Shown here one piece after another: positions 1 to 12,772 of a DNA stretch of 64,000 nucleotides (position 1 is its first letter; every line of letters begins with the position of its first letter). The notes below the pieces were generated by a model. That model saw nothing but the letters and a program-made list of their open reading frames with translations. It was not told the origin of the DNA and ran no database searches. A program made the position numbers and the translations under genes. The stretch is taken from positions 1 to 64,000 of the forward strand of contig JAUGWO010000084.1 in NCBI GenBank assembly GCA_049724395.1, in the 5' to 3' direction. The stretch comes from Spongospora subterranea f. sp. subterranea (taxonomy: Eukaryota).

Positions 1-580
1 TCCTCAATATGCACATATATTGAACATTCTCAAACTTGTTGACATTGCGGTTTTCAGCAGTTTGGCTATTTCTCAGTAAAAATTTTGCCTTTCAATATTT
101 CGACTGATTCATCGATAGAGCCCTCGAACTGCAAAACCATAATGCTCAACTTCTTCCAGGGCAGATAATAAAACCCCCTCTGCTGTTTCACTTTGACCTG
201 AACCAAACCAATGTGTGATCTTTTTACATCCAATCATGGATTGTTCTCTTAACCGCCTTTCTTTTTGTTTTTGGAATTGGGACGATCTCCCATCACCTGT
301 GTGAGGCTTTCTAAAATGCGAATCTGCACCAGAAGTCCATTTTAGAGCACTTGATGCTGCAGTTTCATTGATTTGGCACAGAAAGTCATCTGGCTCAGAA
401 ATTACAAAATTGTCATCATCCTATGACGCTTCGGAACAGGTGAACTTATCGTGGAGAGAAGGAACAGAAATCAAAATCACACTCTTCAATGCTGACCGTA
501 CTGATTTTGCGATGGCCGAATCGCGTTATTGCAAGGTTCATAAGATGCTTTCGACGCTTGTTAAAGGGAGGCATTGCCAG
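1..580 (-). pseudogene. Degenerate 5' part of a transposase-like ORF, truncated by the window edge
   Basis: Minus-strand reading gives MPPFNKRRKHL... and, after disruptions, LKWTSGADSHFRKPHTGDGRSSQFQKQKERRLREQSMIGCKKITHWFG. This resembles the N-terminal region of the IS630-like family seen next door. Multiple stops; recognised by eye only. Confidence 0.3.
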
Positions 581-1096
581 CGATATACAGTATGAGCTCA
601 CACAGTCCGCAAGTTGACAGCATTGTGTGCGCGCACATTTATACACTAGCCACTGTTTGTGCATTGCGGCTCATCTATAAGTGCGCAACTGCGCATTTCA
701 AAGTGCGAAATAAATTGCGTACGGAGTTTGTTCCATACGTAAGTCCAAATCACGGCGCGACTACTGTATCTATAAAGTGTATCTATGTACTCCGTCAATA
801 TTGCTGCAAAAGAAAAACATAAAACACCTGGGTTGTCCAGAAATCGGCATAGCGCGGAGACTGCATGTGAGATATCGGGTTTCGTCTTGCCAAGACCTAC
901 TGAGCCATGATCAAGTTTGGCGATTTTCAGTGAAACCTGACGACTAGACATTGTCAAGGTGGTGCATACAGTACCGGACATCTTAACTTGACACGCTTTT
1001 CAATTTGGTTTTTGAAAACTGCGCGCACAATTTAAGAAACACCGTACGGTAAATTAAATTGCGCAACTGCAACTGATAAACCAACAGTAATTATTC

Positions 1097-1835
1097 ATGT
1101 GTCACCAAAAGCTACCATGTCATCGCCAAGGTTGTTTTATCAAGGTCAAATCACTTGTGAATGACGAAGATGTCGCCAAGGAATGCATGATATGGCTACG
1201 ATCGCAGCGGAACGACGCTGTATCTGGATTATCATTCTCGCAATGGGTGAAAGCTGAATTGCACGTCCGTTTGAAAATGGGTAATCCTGTCACGATCTCA
1301 GAAAGAACGGCAACACGGTGGTTGAACACGCTGGGTTTGCGTTTTGGAGGATATAAGAAAGGTCTGTATAATGACGGCCATGAAAGGGAAGATGTTGCGT
1401 CATATATAGAGGATGCCGTTTTTATCTCGAATGGACGTCTACGATCGAAGGATGGCAAAATTTGAAGAAGACGAGCTGATGAATATTGTGGAGCCAACGC
1501 TTGCACCCGGGGAGAAAAAATTAATTTTATTAACACAGTCCATGAATCATGCTTAGCTACTACGTTCGGAGAAAAAACTATATGGATTGATGATAACCTG
1601 CATGGGCTGGTAGTCACTTTTTGGCCTTCCTGGATGAACCATCCGTTCCGTTGAGACCGTGGTCCCTTCCGCCATCTTTTACTGTTAGGACCTTTGCGTT
1701 GAGTGCATCGGGTGGTAATCATAAAAGCCCGGTAAAAACTCGGATGGATACTGGACGAATGCTGATCTAGAATCAGCTGGGCGATAAAGTTTTGCCAATT
1801 TTCAGAATTCTACATCCGAATTGTCCAGCTTTGGT
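1097..1835 (+). mobile_element. IS630/Tc1-like DDE transposase fragment, frameshifted; left arm of an inverted duplication
   Basis: ISERTATRWLNTLG, GLYNDGHEREDV, HES and PGKNSDGYWTNADL motifs. Reverse-complement match to ~1838-2520. Confidence 0.75.
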
Positions 1836-1837
1836 CC

Positions 1838-2792
1838 CAGCATTCGTCCAGTATCCATCCGAGTTTTTACCGGGCTTTATGGCATCATTACCACTGATTG
1901 AATAGGAACGCCAAGGTTCTGAGCTTGCTGTTCGTCATCGAGTTTTAGGGGCCCATGACACTCGCACAAAAATTCTGACACCATTACACTCCTCCCTTCT
2001 CCCTTGGGCCGTAATGGCATATGGTTATCATCAATCCATATAGTTTTTTTCCCGTCGTAAGAGCTGAAGCATGATTCATCATGTGTTAATAAAATTAATT
2101 TTTTCTCCCCCGGTGCAAGCGTTGGCTCCACAATATTCATCAGCTCGTCTTCTTCAAATTTTGCCATCCTTCGATCGTAGACGTCCATTCGAGATAAAAA
2201 CGACTCTCTATATATGACGACAATTTCCCTTTCATGGCCGTCATTATACAGACCTTTCTTATATCCTCCAAAACGCAAACCCAGCGTGTTCAACCACCGT
2301 GTTGCCGTTCTTTCTGAGATCGTGACAGGATTACCCATTTTCAAACGGACGTGCAATTCAGCTTTCACCCATTGCGAGAATGATAATCCAGATACAGCGT
2401 CGTTCCGCTGCGATCGTAGCCATATCATGCATTCCTTGGCGACATCTTCGTCATTCACAAGTGATTCTGACCTTGATAAAACAACTTTGGCGGTGACATG
2501 GTAGCTTTTGGTGACGAAGGAAAAAACTCGCCCATCGCCTGATCTTTCGCGAATATGAATCAGCATTGTTGTTTGGAAAAAACTGAGATGCAACTTGTTT
2601 CGAAGCTTGCATCATCGTAATAGAGTTCTGACGCAAAGTAAGATATTGCTTAATTGCATGATATCGAAGATAATCATATTTGGAAATGTCCTTCAAGCTT
2701 TTTTCGATGGTTTGGGAGCAGTTGAAGGCTGTAAGATCTTCAAGAAGTTTTAGGGCACTGTGTCCGGAGATATCTTTCCCATTTTCTGACAC
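1838..2792 (-). mobile_element. IS630/Tc1-like DDE transposase fragment; right arm of the inverted duplication
   Basis: ORFs 2451..2792 and 1877..2593 carry DGHERE, LLTHDESCF and RPKGEGRSVMVSEFLCECHG. Frameshifted, and truncated after PGKNSDGYW. Confidence 0.8.
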
Positions 2793-3544
2793 TTTGTTTT
2801 TTCGAGTCTACCGGTAGTTTTGTGTACGCACTAACAAAACTGCGTGCGCGTAGCAATGTGCGCGCGCAAAAAAACCTAATATGCGTACGCAAAAATTGAG
2901 GTGTTTCGTTTTCGCCCATACGTACAAAATTCAATTTCCTCGCCCACCATACAAACGGGAAATTCTATTTCACAGTCAATAGTATTTGACTTAGAAAAAA
3001 TCTAACTCTGTCAGAATGTTGATCTCGCCGAGATCTAACCAATAACAGCGAGGTTGAAACAAAAACCACATAATCGTTCCTCTGAAACAAATTCCCATGG
3101 GTCCCATACAAAGTGTGTCAGGTTATTTAAGCTGTCCGGTACTGTAATCACGGAATTGTCGGTTTAAGGTGATCGCCACTGTACTGCCACTTCTTGGCTT
3201 TCCGCACGAAGTTGCGGAGTCGGGTTACGATGCCGTATCTCGGCAAATAGGGCAAATGATCAAAAACTCAAAGACTGAAATAACTAGAAAATACATCGTC
3301 TGGCAGGGTGCAGAATCCAAAAAAAAATAGTCTTAAACAGACGTGGTCACTGTATTCTCTGGTTCTGATTGAGATGGTGCCATAGAATAATAGAAACAAC
3401 ATCCACAATTTTGGCGGCGTGACGACGCCCCATACCGCATTTGTGTTTGGCCGGTACGGTGTGGTATTAACTGCAGTGACGGGCGATGTCAGTGGTGTAA
3501 CAATAAATTCCCCGTAGGCCACGACAGTGCTCCGTAACGTTTTG

Positions 3545-3898
3545 ATGGCGACGAATCTGGCAGCATCAAACCGGGTGAAGATATTGGAGTTTTGGGAGAC
3601 GATATCTGAGATAAAACCATTGGCGAAATTTCACTTAATGGATAAGTAGGGCGTTCGCCAACAGAATATTGAAAAATCGACTCGGTCGGTGATTGTCTGT
3701 TTGATTTTGGTCAGGGTTGATGTCGACGCCAGGATCGTGAGCGTGAACGGCGACCAGAGCCAGGTCCTGGTCGAGCAACTGTCAACACAGATCGGGACGT
3801 ACGAGAGCGCCATCATCAGGGGCGACGACCTTGTATATATCGATATCGATCTGGCCCAGATCGCCGCCCATGACCCTCATCCCAATACAGATTCGTGA
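3545..3898 (+). CDS. GEMIN7: Gemin7-like SMN-complex subunit (2 exons; intron ~3646-3714)
   Basis: Spliced product MATNLAASNRVKILEFWETISEIKPLAKFHLMDK/VDVDARIVSVNGDQSQVLVEQLSTQIGTYESAIIRGDDLVYIDI matches the Gemin7 C-terminal pattern (V..L.T.IG....A.(L/I)R..D). The GT-AG intron preserves frame. Confidence 0.7.
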
Positions 3899-4024
3899 TT
3901 GATGATCCGACCGTTCTCCTCCCGCATTAGACTTATCACATATCCCACCCGGTCATAATAGTTCACCGTTTATTGGTCACAGATCAACCCCCAACACCTT
4001 TTACCGCCATCGGGACCGAATTCA

Positions 4025-5634
4025 ATGTCGAACGTTGAAGATCTGCGATACGCGTTCATTGTCGAATGGTTCGATCCGCAGGCGTCGTTGCTGAAGAAGT
4101 ACAATTTGTTGTTCTGGCCTGAATCAAACACGATTGAAATGGTGAGAGTAATCTTGGCGCCATTTTAGCGAAATTGACGAACCCAAATCCACAATCAGTT
4201 CGACCTAAAAAACCATCGAACGTTTCTCAAACGCTGCCTTTATCCATCGATCAAGCTCGATAATCTGTTCGTCGGCGGATGCGTCTCCGTATATTCCCGA
4301 CAGCTGAAGATCATCGATTTCGCCGATGCGTTCACTCGTGGTCAATTAAAGGAGCGTTTGGCCAGGTATTCTCCTGACCCAAAGTCGTTTGCCCATCTCA
4401 TCCCCCATTGTTAGAACTGCATGTATGATCGTCCCTGATCGACAATCCCAACTCGGCCATATACTGGACTCGCTGTTGTCGTCGACGTTCTCGATCTCCC
4501 GTCTGCTGACTGTGTCGCTATCGCCATCCCAGGCCGGGTCGATATTACCCGAAGGCGAATCACAGTACGATCATCCACGTCGTCCCCTGATTCGTCCCAA
4601 TTGTGTGTGAAGTTGGACCGTCGATAAGATCGCCAATCGGATCGGGACCGTTATCGAGCTGATCGCGCCCAACGCTGTTCAAGCGTTGGTCCAATTGGCC
4701 GGTTCCGATCCCAATATCAAAGGATCGTTGCTGGTAGCATCGTCTGCAATCCATTACCAACAGGTTCTGAGCGACCATCGTTCCCATCCTCTTTCTCAGT
4801 TTTCATATTCCTAGTTCATGAACGTGATCTTCGATCACGTTCTCCCATCGACGGCCGTTTTTAGTGATTGCACAATCGCGGTGATCAAACCGCACGCCGT
4901 CCGCCAAGGGATATCCGGGAAAATCATCAAGATGATCCAGGATCGTGGATTCCAGATCACAGCCGCTGAGCTCTTCTATCTCAATCGCCCTTCGGCCGTA
5001 ATTTGCCCTTGCCCTTCTGTACCCCTGTGGGTCTTGACGCCATTTTACAGGAGGAATTTCTCGAAGTTTATAAAACCGTGATCCCGCAATATAGTGTAAT
5101 CGATTGATGATTCGCCATTCTCTCCAACATTGTGATGTTTATTTTGTGTTACAAGGCCCTGGTCGACAATTTCACGTCGGGCGCGTCGATAGTCCTTCAG
5201 ATTCACGGCGGCGAGAAGATCGTTCGCGAATTTCGCCAAGTTGCCGGCCCGCATGATCCCGAAATCGGTTCAGCCAAATGAAAAGCATTTCGATCTACCA
5301 TTCTCAAACTGATCTCGCGTCAGGAAAACACGTCCGATCCGATACGATTCGGGCCATATTCGGCAGCGATCGGGTTAACAACGCAATCCATGCGACAGAT
5401 CTCGATGAGGATGGAGTGCTAGAGGTGAGACCCGACCAGAACCCTGTCCCGTTTCTGTTTTCACCTGATGAACTCCCGCTATAGTCGGAATACTTTTTTA
5501 AAGTTCTTCAAGATGTGAAGCCGGCTATTCCACGTTTAGTTTTTCCAGTATCAATACTGCTAATAAACTTCTCAGTTTTACAAAACTTGACATTTCAGGC
5601 ACCAGCGAAGTGCCGCTATTCCGATAGGGAATGA
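4025..5634 (+). CDS. NME7: Nucleoside diphosphate kinase 7 (DM10 + NDK domains), multi-exon, axonemal; 3' end approximate
   Basis: N-terminal YAFIVEWFDPQASLLKKYNLLF...FDLKNHRTFLKR (DM10). NDK motifs TIAVIKPHAV, GPHDPEI and TIRAIFGSDRVNNAIHATDLDEDGVLE. Confidence 0.9.
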
Positions 5635-5834
5635 ATATCACTGTGAAAACGTCAAAATTTACGGGCGATACACTGCAGGTTGATGAACGGTTCCGAATCA
5701 ATTCGGACGCAGCAGTTCATAAAATCGAATTAATCGCGCGATATTCATTGTAACCAGTCGCATCTCGGCAATCTCATTGTCACATTAGGTTGAGTTGCGT
5801 TATCTAGAGGACATCGTCAAAAGGAGAAGCAACA

Positions 5835-6407
5835 ATGGGATCCGATAGATTAGTGGATATCATCAAGCGAGATCATACCGAGCTCCGCATGTGCTACGAC
5901 AAGTATAAGAAGGCGGCGTCGAGCGACGAAGCCAACCAATGGTTCAACCAATTTGTTTGGGAGCTCTGCCGACATTCAGTCGCCGAAGAGTTGGTCGTGT
6001 ATCCGATGCTGGCGAAGGTGAGCGATCGCGGCCGTCAACTCGCTGACAAGTCGAGAGCGGACCACCATAAGGTGAAAGAGATGTTGTCAGAAACACTGAA
6101 TGTGAAGGATAATATGAGCGCGTTCAACAAAAATTTCGAGAAATTGTGGGTTGACGTTGAAGAGCATCTTGAAATGGAGGAATCTGAAGATCTACCAATA
6201 CTTGCCGATGCGTATCAATCAGAATCACAGAACACCTGGGCCACAACCAAATTCATAGCCATGAAGAAGACAGCACCAACTCAACCCCATACATTAGTCC
6301 CTGAGAAGCCGGTCGCTTTAGAAGCGGCTTTGGGTATGCTGATGGCGCCATTGGATAAGTTCAAGGATCTGTTCAAAGACTTCCCCAGTATGCAGGAAGG
6401 GCGTTAA
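5835..6407 (+). CDS. Hemerythrin HHE cation-binding domain protein, intronless
   Basis: DH, RHSVAEELVVYP, DHHKVKE, EHLEMEESEDLP and APTQPH motifs typical of HHE/hemerythrin-like proteins. Confidence 0.85.
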   Translation: MGSDRLVDIIKRDHTELRMCYDKYKKAASSDEANQWFNQFVWELCRHSVAEELVVYPMLAKVSDRGRQLADKSRADHHKVKEMLSETLNVKDNMSAFNKNFEKLWVDVEEHLEMEESEDLPILADAYQSESQNTWATTKFIAMKKTAPTQPHTLVPEKPVALEAALGMLMAPLDKFKDLFKDFPSMQEGR

Positions 6408-6769
6408 TCAATGATGCTTGACGTGGGATATGATTACAACAGAATACAGCGAGATTTTGCAAAATTGAGAACAATACAATCAGGATATGGAACTGAGGAA
6501 ACTTTGGTACTAGAATGGGTTCGTGGGTGGTCGAATTCAAAGCTTTGGGTTTTTCCTGTCATAAACTGGGGCCTATCAAGCTTGCTGTCACCGACCGTCA
6601 TGATGTTCTCCGAGTGAATATCGCTTGAAACAAATTGTAGACGGCGTTTACCATCTGGTGCTACCCAAAACTAGTTGCACAATCGGAAACAACAAGTCAA
6701 ACAATAGAGCTATGGCTCGTATTTGAAACTTGGACCTGGCAATATTTGTCAGTATATTCAATGTTATGG

Positions 6770-9700
6770 TAACTTGCCCATGTTTGGTGATTATTGCTTC
6801 TTAACTTGCCCATAACTTGCCCATAGTGATTAAATGCCCATAACTTTCAAGTGACAACCGCTTCTTAACTTGCCCCTCATAGTGATTAAATGCTTCTTAA
6901 CTTGCCCATAACTTGCCCATAGTGATTAAACAGCTTCTTAACTTGCCCATAGTGATTGATTACACAGCTTCTTAACCCCATATTGATTAAACAGCTTCTT
7001 AACTTGCCCATAACTTGCCCATAGTGATTAAACAGCTTCTTAACTTGCCCATAACTTGCCCATAGTGATTAAACAGCTTCTTAACTTGCCCTTAACTTGC
7101 CCATAGTGATTAAAAGCTTCTTAACTTGCCCATAGTGATTAAACAGCTTCTTAACTTGCCCATAACTTGCCCATAGTGATTAAACCGCTTCTTAACTTGC
7201 CCATAACTTGCCCATAGTGATTAAACAGCTTCTTAACTTTAACAGCTTCTTAACTTGCCCATAGTGATGTGAAAGCTTCTTTAACTTGCCCATAGTGATT
7301 GATTAACTTGCCCATAGTGATTAAAGCTTCTTAACTTGCCCATATTGATTAAACATAACTTGCCCATAGTGATTAAACCGCTTCTTAACTTGCCCCAGCT
7401 TCTTAACTTGCCCATAGTGATTAAACCGCTTCTTAACTTGCCCATAACTTGCCCATAGTGATTATAACAGCTTCTTAACTTGCCCATAACTTGCCCATAG
7501 TGATTAAACAGCTTCTTAACTTGCCCATAACTTGCCCATAGTGATTAAACAGCTTCTTAACTTGCCCATAGTGATTAACTTGCCCATAGTGATTAAACAG
7601 CTTCTTAACTTGCCCTAAACAGCTTCTTAACTTGCCCATAACTTGCCCATAGTGATTAAACAGCTTCTTAACTTGCCCATAGTGATTAAACCGCTTCTTA
7701 ACTTGCCCAGGTAGTGATTAAACAGCTTCTTAACTTGCCCATAACTTGCCCATAGTGATTAAACCGCTTCATAACTTGCCCATAGTGATTAAACAGCTTC
7801 TTAACTTGCCCATAGTGATTAAACAGCTTCTTAACTTGATAACTTGCCCATAGTGATTACACAGCTTCTTAACTTGCCCATAACTTGCCCATAGTGATTA
7901 AACCGCTTCTTAACTTGCCCATAACTTGCCCATAGTGATTAAAAACATAGTGATTAAAGCTTCTTAACTTGCCCATAACTTGCCCATAGTGATTAAACCG
8001 CTTCTTAACTTGCCCATAACTTGCCCATAGTGATTGCTTCTTAACTTACAGCTTCTTAACTTGCCCATAGTGATTAAACAGCTTCTTAACTTGCCCATAA
8101 CTTGCCCATAGTGATTAAACAGCTTAACTTGCCCATAGTGATTAAACAGCTTCTTAACTTGCCCATACTTGATTAAACCGCTTCTTAACTTGCCCATAAC
8201 TTGCCCATAGTGATTAAACAGCTTCTTAACTTGCCCATAGTGATTAAACAGCTTCTTAACTTGAACCCCCATAACTTGCCCATAGTGATTAAACCGCTTC
8301 TTAACTTGCCCATAACTTGCCCATAGTGATTAAACCGCTTCTTAACTTGCCCATAACTTGCCCATAGTGATTAAACAGCTTCTTAACTTGCCCATAGTGA
8401 TTAAACAGCTTCTTAACTTGCCCATAACTTGCCCATAGTGATTAAACAGCTTCTTAACTTGCCCATAACTTGCCCATAGTGATTAGTGCCCATAGTGATT
8501 AAACCGCTTCTGCCCATAACTTGCCCCATAACTTGCCCATAGTGATTAAACAGCTTCTTAACTTGCCCATAACTTGCCCATAGTGAAACCGCTTCTTAAC
8601 TTGCCCATAACTTGCCCATAGTGATTAAAGCTTCTTAACTTGCCCATAACTTGCCCATAGTGATTAAACAGCTTCTTAACTTGCCCATAGTGATTAAACA
8701 GCTTCTTAACTTGCCCATAACTTGCCCATAGTGATTAAACAGCTTCTTAACTTGCCCATAACTTGCCCATAGTGATTAAACCGCTTCTTAACTTGCCCAT
8801 AACTTGCCCATAGTGATTAAAAACAGCTTCTTAACTTGCCCATAACTTGCCCATAGTGATTAAACAGCTTCTTAACTTGCCCATAACTTGCCCATTGAAA
8901 CCGCTTCTTAACTTGCCCATATTGATTACACAGCTTCTTAACTTGCCCATAACTTGCCCATAGTGATTAAACAGCTTGCCCATAACTTGCCCATAGTGAT
9001 TAAACAGCTTCTTAACTTGCCCATAACTTGCCCATAGTGATTAAACCGCTTCTTAACTTGCCCATAACTTGCCCATTGCACAGCTTTAACTTGCCCATAA
9101 CTTGCCCATAGTGATTAAACAGCTTCTTAACTTGCCCATAGTGATTGAACCGCTTCTTAACTTGCCCATATTGATTACACAGCTTCTTAACTTGCCCATA
9201 ACTTGCCCATAGTGATTAAACCGCTTCTTAACTTGCCCATAGTGATTAAACCGCTTCTTAACTTGCCCATATTGATTAAACAGCTTCTTAACTTGCCCAT
9301 AACTTGCCCATAGTGATTAAACCGCTTCTTAACTTGCCCATAACTTGCCCATAGTGATTAAACCGCTTCTTAGCTCGCTTGATAACATAGTGATTAAACC
9401 GCTTCTTGCCCATAGTGATTAAACAGCTTCTTAACTTGCCCATAACTTGCCCATAGTGATTAAACCGCTTCTTAACTTGCCCATAGTGATTAAACCGCTT
9501 CCGCTTGCCCATAACTTGCCCATAACTTGCCCATAGTGATTAAACAGCTTCTTAACTTGCCCATAACTTGCCCATACTTGAAACCGCTTCTTAACTTGCC
9601 CATAACTTGCCCATAGTGAAACCGCTTCTTAACTTGCCCATAACTTGCCCATAGTGATTAAACCGCTTCTTAACTTGCCCATAGTGATTAAACCGCTTCT

Positions 9701-10710
9701 TAATTTGCCCATAACTTGCCCATAACTTGCCCATAGTGATCAAACAGCTTCTTAACTTGCCCATAACTTGCCCATAGTGAAACCGCTTCTTAACTTGCCC
9801 ATAACTTGCCCATAGTGAAACCGCTTCTTAACTTGCCCATAACTTGCCCATAGTGATTGCGCTTCTTAACTTGCCCATAACTTGCCCATAGTGAAACCGC
9901 TTCTTAACTTGCCCATAACTTGCCCATAGTGATCAAACAGCTTCTTAACTTGCCCATAACTTGCCCATAGTAAACCGCTTCTTAACTTGCCCATAACTTG
10001 CCCATAGTGATTAAACCGCTTCTTAACTTGCCCATACTTGCCCATAACTTGCCCATAGTGATTAAACCGCTTCTTAACTTGCCCATAACTTGCCCATTGA
10101 TTAAACCGCTTCTTAACTTGCCCATAACTTGCCCATAGTGAAACCGCTTCTTAACTTGCCCATAACTTGCCCATAGTGATTCAAACAGCTTCTTAACTTG
10201 CCCATAACTTGCCCATAGTGATTAAACATAGTGAAACCGCTTCTTAACTTGCCCATAACTTGCCCATAGTGACTTGCCCATAGTGATTAAACAGCTTCTT
10301 AACTTGCCCATAACTTGCCCATAGTGAAACCGCTTCTTAACTTGCCCATAACTTGCCCATAGTGAAACCGCTTCTTAACTTGCCCATAACTTGCCCATTG
10401 ATCAAACAGCTTCTTAACTTGCCCATAACTTGCCCATAGTGAAACCGCTTCTTAACTTGCCCATAACTTGCCCATAGTGATTAAATCGCTTCTTAACTTG
10501 CCCATAACTTGCCCATAGTGAAACCGCTTCTTAACTTGCCCATAACTTGCCCATAGTGAAACCGCTTCTTAACTTGCCCCATAACTTGCCCATAGTGATT
10601 AAATCGCTTCTTAACTTGCCCATAACTTGCCCATAGTGATTAAACAGCTTCTTAACTTGCCCATAACTTGCCCATAGTGATTAAACAGCTTCTTAACTTG
10701 CCCATAATGA
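6770..10710 (+). repeat. Satellite array A: mixed 41-bp and 30-bp units, roughly 100 copies
   Basis: Direct reading: TAACTTGCCCA(TAACTTGCCCA)TAGTGATTAAAC(A/C)GCTTCT repeated for ~3.9 kb. Confidence 0.97.
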
Positions 10711-10923
10711 TTCTGTTAAAACCGCTTTCTATAACCCTTAGTCGATAAGTTAAACCGATTCGTAGATAGTCCTTAGTCGATTAGTAAACCACTTCCTAAC
10801 GTGCCCTTAACCTCCTTTAAAATAAATGATTATTCGATGATCATTTCTATTGCCAAGACCTGGCTCATGCAACAAACGGGTTATCAATAATGAATGTGAT
10901 GGCTGACTATTCATGGGTTTTGT

Positions 10924-11055
10924 GAGACCGCAAGATCATATCTTGCACAATTGTTCATCTGTTTGGTGAGACGGTCAGATCATATCTTGCACAATTGTTC
11001 ATCTGTTTGGTGAGACGGTCAGATCAGATATCTTGCCCAATTGTTCATGAGTTTG
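10924..11055 (+). repeat. Three tandem copies of a ~44-bp unit (GAGACGGTCAGATCATATCTTGCACAATTGTTCATCTGTTTGGT)
   Basis: Seen directly. Diverged relatives at ~18015-18055, ~20165-20250 and inverted at ~18250-18280. Confidence 0.85.
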
Positions 11056-12772
11056 ACGAGACCCCCTTCAAATATCCCTGTGCGTGTCATCCCTTCAGGA
11101 ATCTTCAGATGACAGTCGAGAGGAGTCACAGTGAATCAACTCATAGCAGAATGTAACGCTAATACAGGGAGTAACGCTGAGAGTGCATTCCTCACTGGCC
11201 ATCATTATTATGTTAACCTCTCCTTATTATCGTCTCACAATACCCATGAAGACTTCAAGTTTCACAGTCAATCGTTGAAAACAGATCGGAGCGTCGGGAT
11301 TGACGAAGATTTCGCAGACAGTACTGTGGCTCCTCCGTCTGAAGCAGCCTGCGAAACGCGCTTGTCCAAATGAGCAGCTTTGCGATGTGCAAAAGTGAAA
11401 AAACTTGCGCAAGGCGAAATTCACCGCGACAAAGCTGGCCGTCGGTCGTGCAATCCATTGAGGCTTGCACGACGGCAGCAGCATCCATCCTGAGATTCTT
11501 TCCGATGCTTGAAGACCTTGATTTTTCCAGAGAATTCGCAAAGCGCCTGGGAACGTTCGAGGTGTCCCGGACCAGATCCCGACGATCGCCGGCTTTCTTC
11601 ACCCATAAACTGCCGCCTTTTCAATGCAATTGTGTGAGCGTTTGTTTGGTCAAACTTTAGGCGTGTCCCTTTCAATTCGAACCAGCCGACATGTGAACAT
11701 TATGCTTAGGGCATCCATTATTCTTCATTTCTTTCACAAGATATTCAATTTCCTCCACTTTCATTTCATGGTATCCGGCAAACCCAAGAAGTGAAGAACG
11801 CTGACCCCAAATCTCCAAAACTTCTTAAATTATATTGTTGACTGAACGATACCAAACCGTTCGTTTACTTCACGCCAGCTTCTGCCCAACAATGACTTAT
11901 CTACCTTTTTCCTTAGCTTTCCACTGCAACTAAGCTTCATGATGCTTGTAATCACTGTCATCGCTACTGCTCTCATTTTCATTATGCGCGTAAAACTGGC
12001 TTCCCTTGTCCCGTCAACCTCATCGGATTTGACCGATCCAGGAAGGTGGTCACATCTCTTGCATTTTAAGAGCGACAACCATGTCCAACAAGAGGAGCGC
12101 CTCTCTTACGTTGATTAATCTACTGAAAAATGCCCATTATCCTACAACAAACTGAAGGGGCTCTCCATAATAATAGATTTCCGTCTCAAACAAGCGCATG
12201 ACTTTTCTCGAACAAAAGGCTTGCCATGGACCCAGGACGCGCAGCTCAGACCAAACAATTCCTTAGAAAAATGATATCTCTTGACCTGGACAAACGTGGA
12301 CGTGGTCTTGATCAGCTACGGTTCGATGTGGCAGATTCAGTCGCCTCTTTTGTTCGTGCAGCAGTTCACTGAGTCTTTTCCCTATATCGGTCTCAGTCCT
12401 CGTGGCGCCGTGGTTACGATTTTTTGACTGACCTGGGCGTAATCCGGGGACCTTAACGTTCAATCAGAGTATAATTTCCCTGTTATTGTACTTTGCCTAC
12501 CCCGAACTACCGCTATTGCCCCATGGTGACAACAGATCCCATGTTGAAAACACTCTCCCTCGAAACTCACTCTTCGTTGCACAATCTGTTTTGTTGACCT
12601 GATTATCTGGAAACCGATCAGGAAAATATCGATTGGACCAATGTTTTCGATCGTGTGTAAATGACGTGGTATATCTCTTTCTGTGGCTGATCATCTCTCC
12701 TGTGCTATATAAGCGAGTGAGCGAGGAGGGGAGGGAGTGTGAACCAATCCAGATTCAGTGCATGGTATAGGT

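Noticed and set aside
7281..9512. Repetitive ORFs (MGKLRSCLIT/NHYGQVKK)
   Set aside because: Translations of satellite DNA. The mixed 41/30-bp units do not keep frame.
11130..12700. Possible gene or pseudogene between array A and the Dpy-30 gene
   Set aside because: Short ORFs on both strands with no recognisable motif or consistent splice model.
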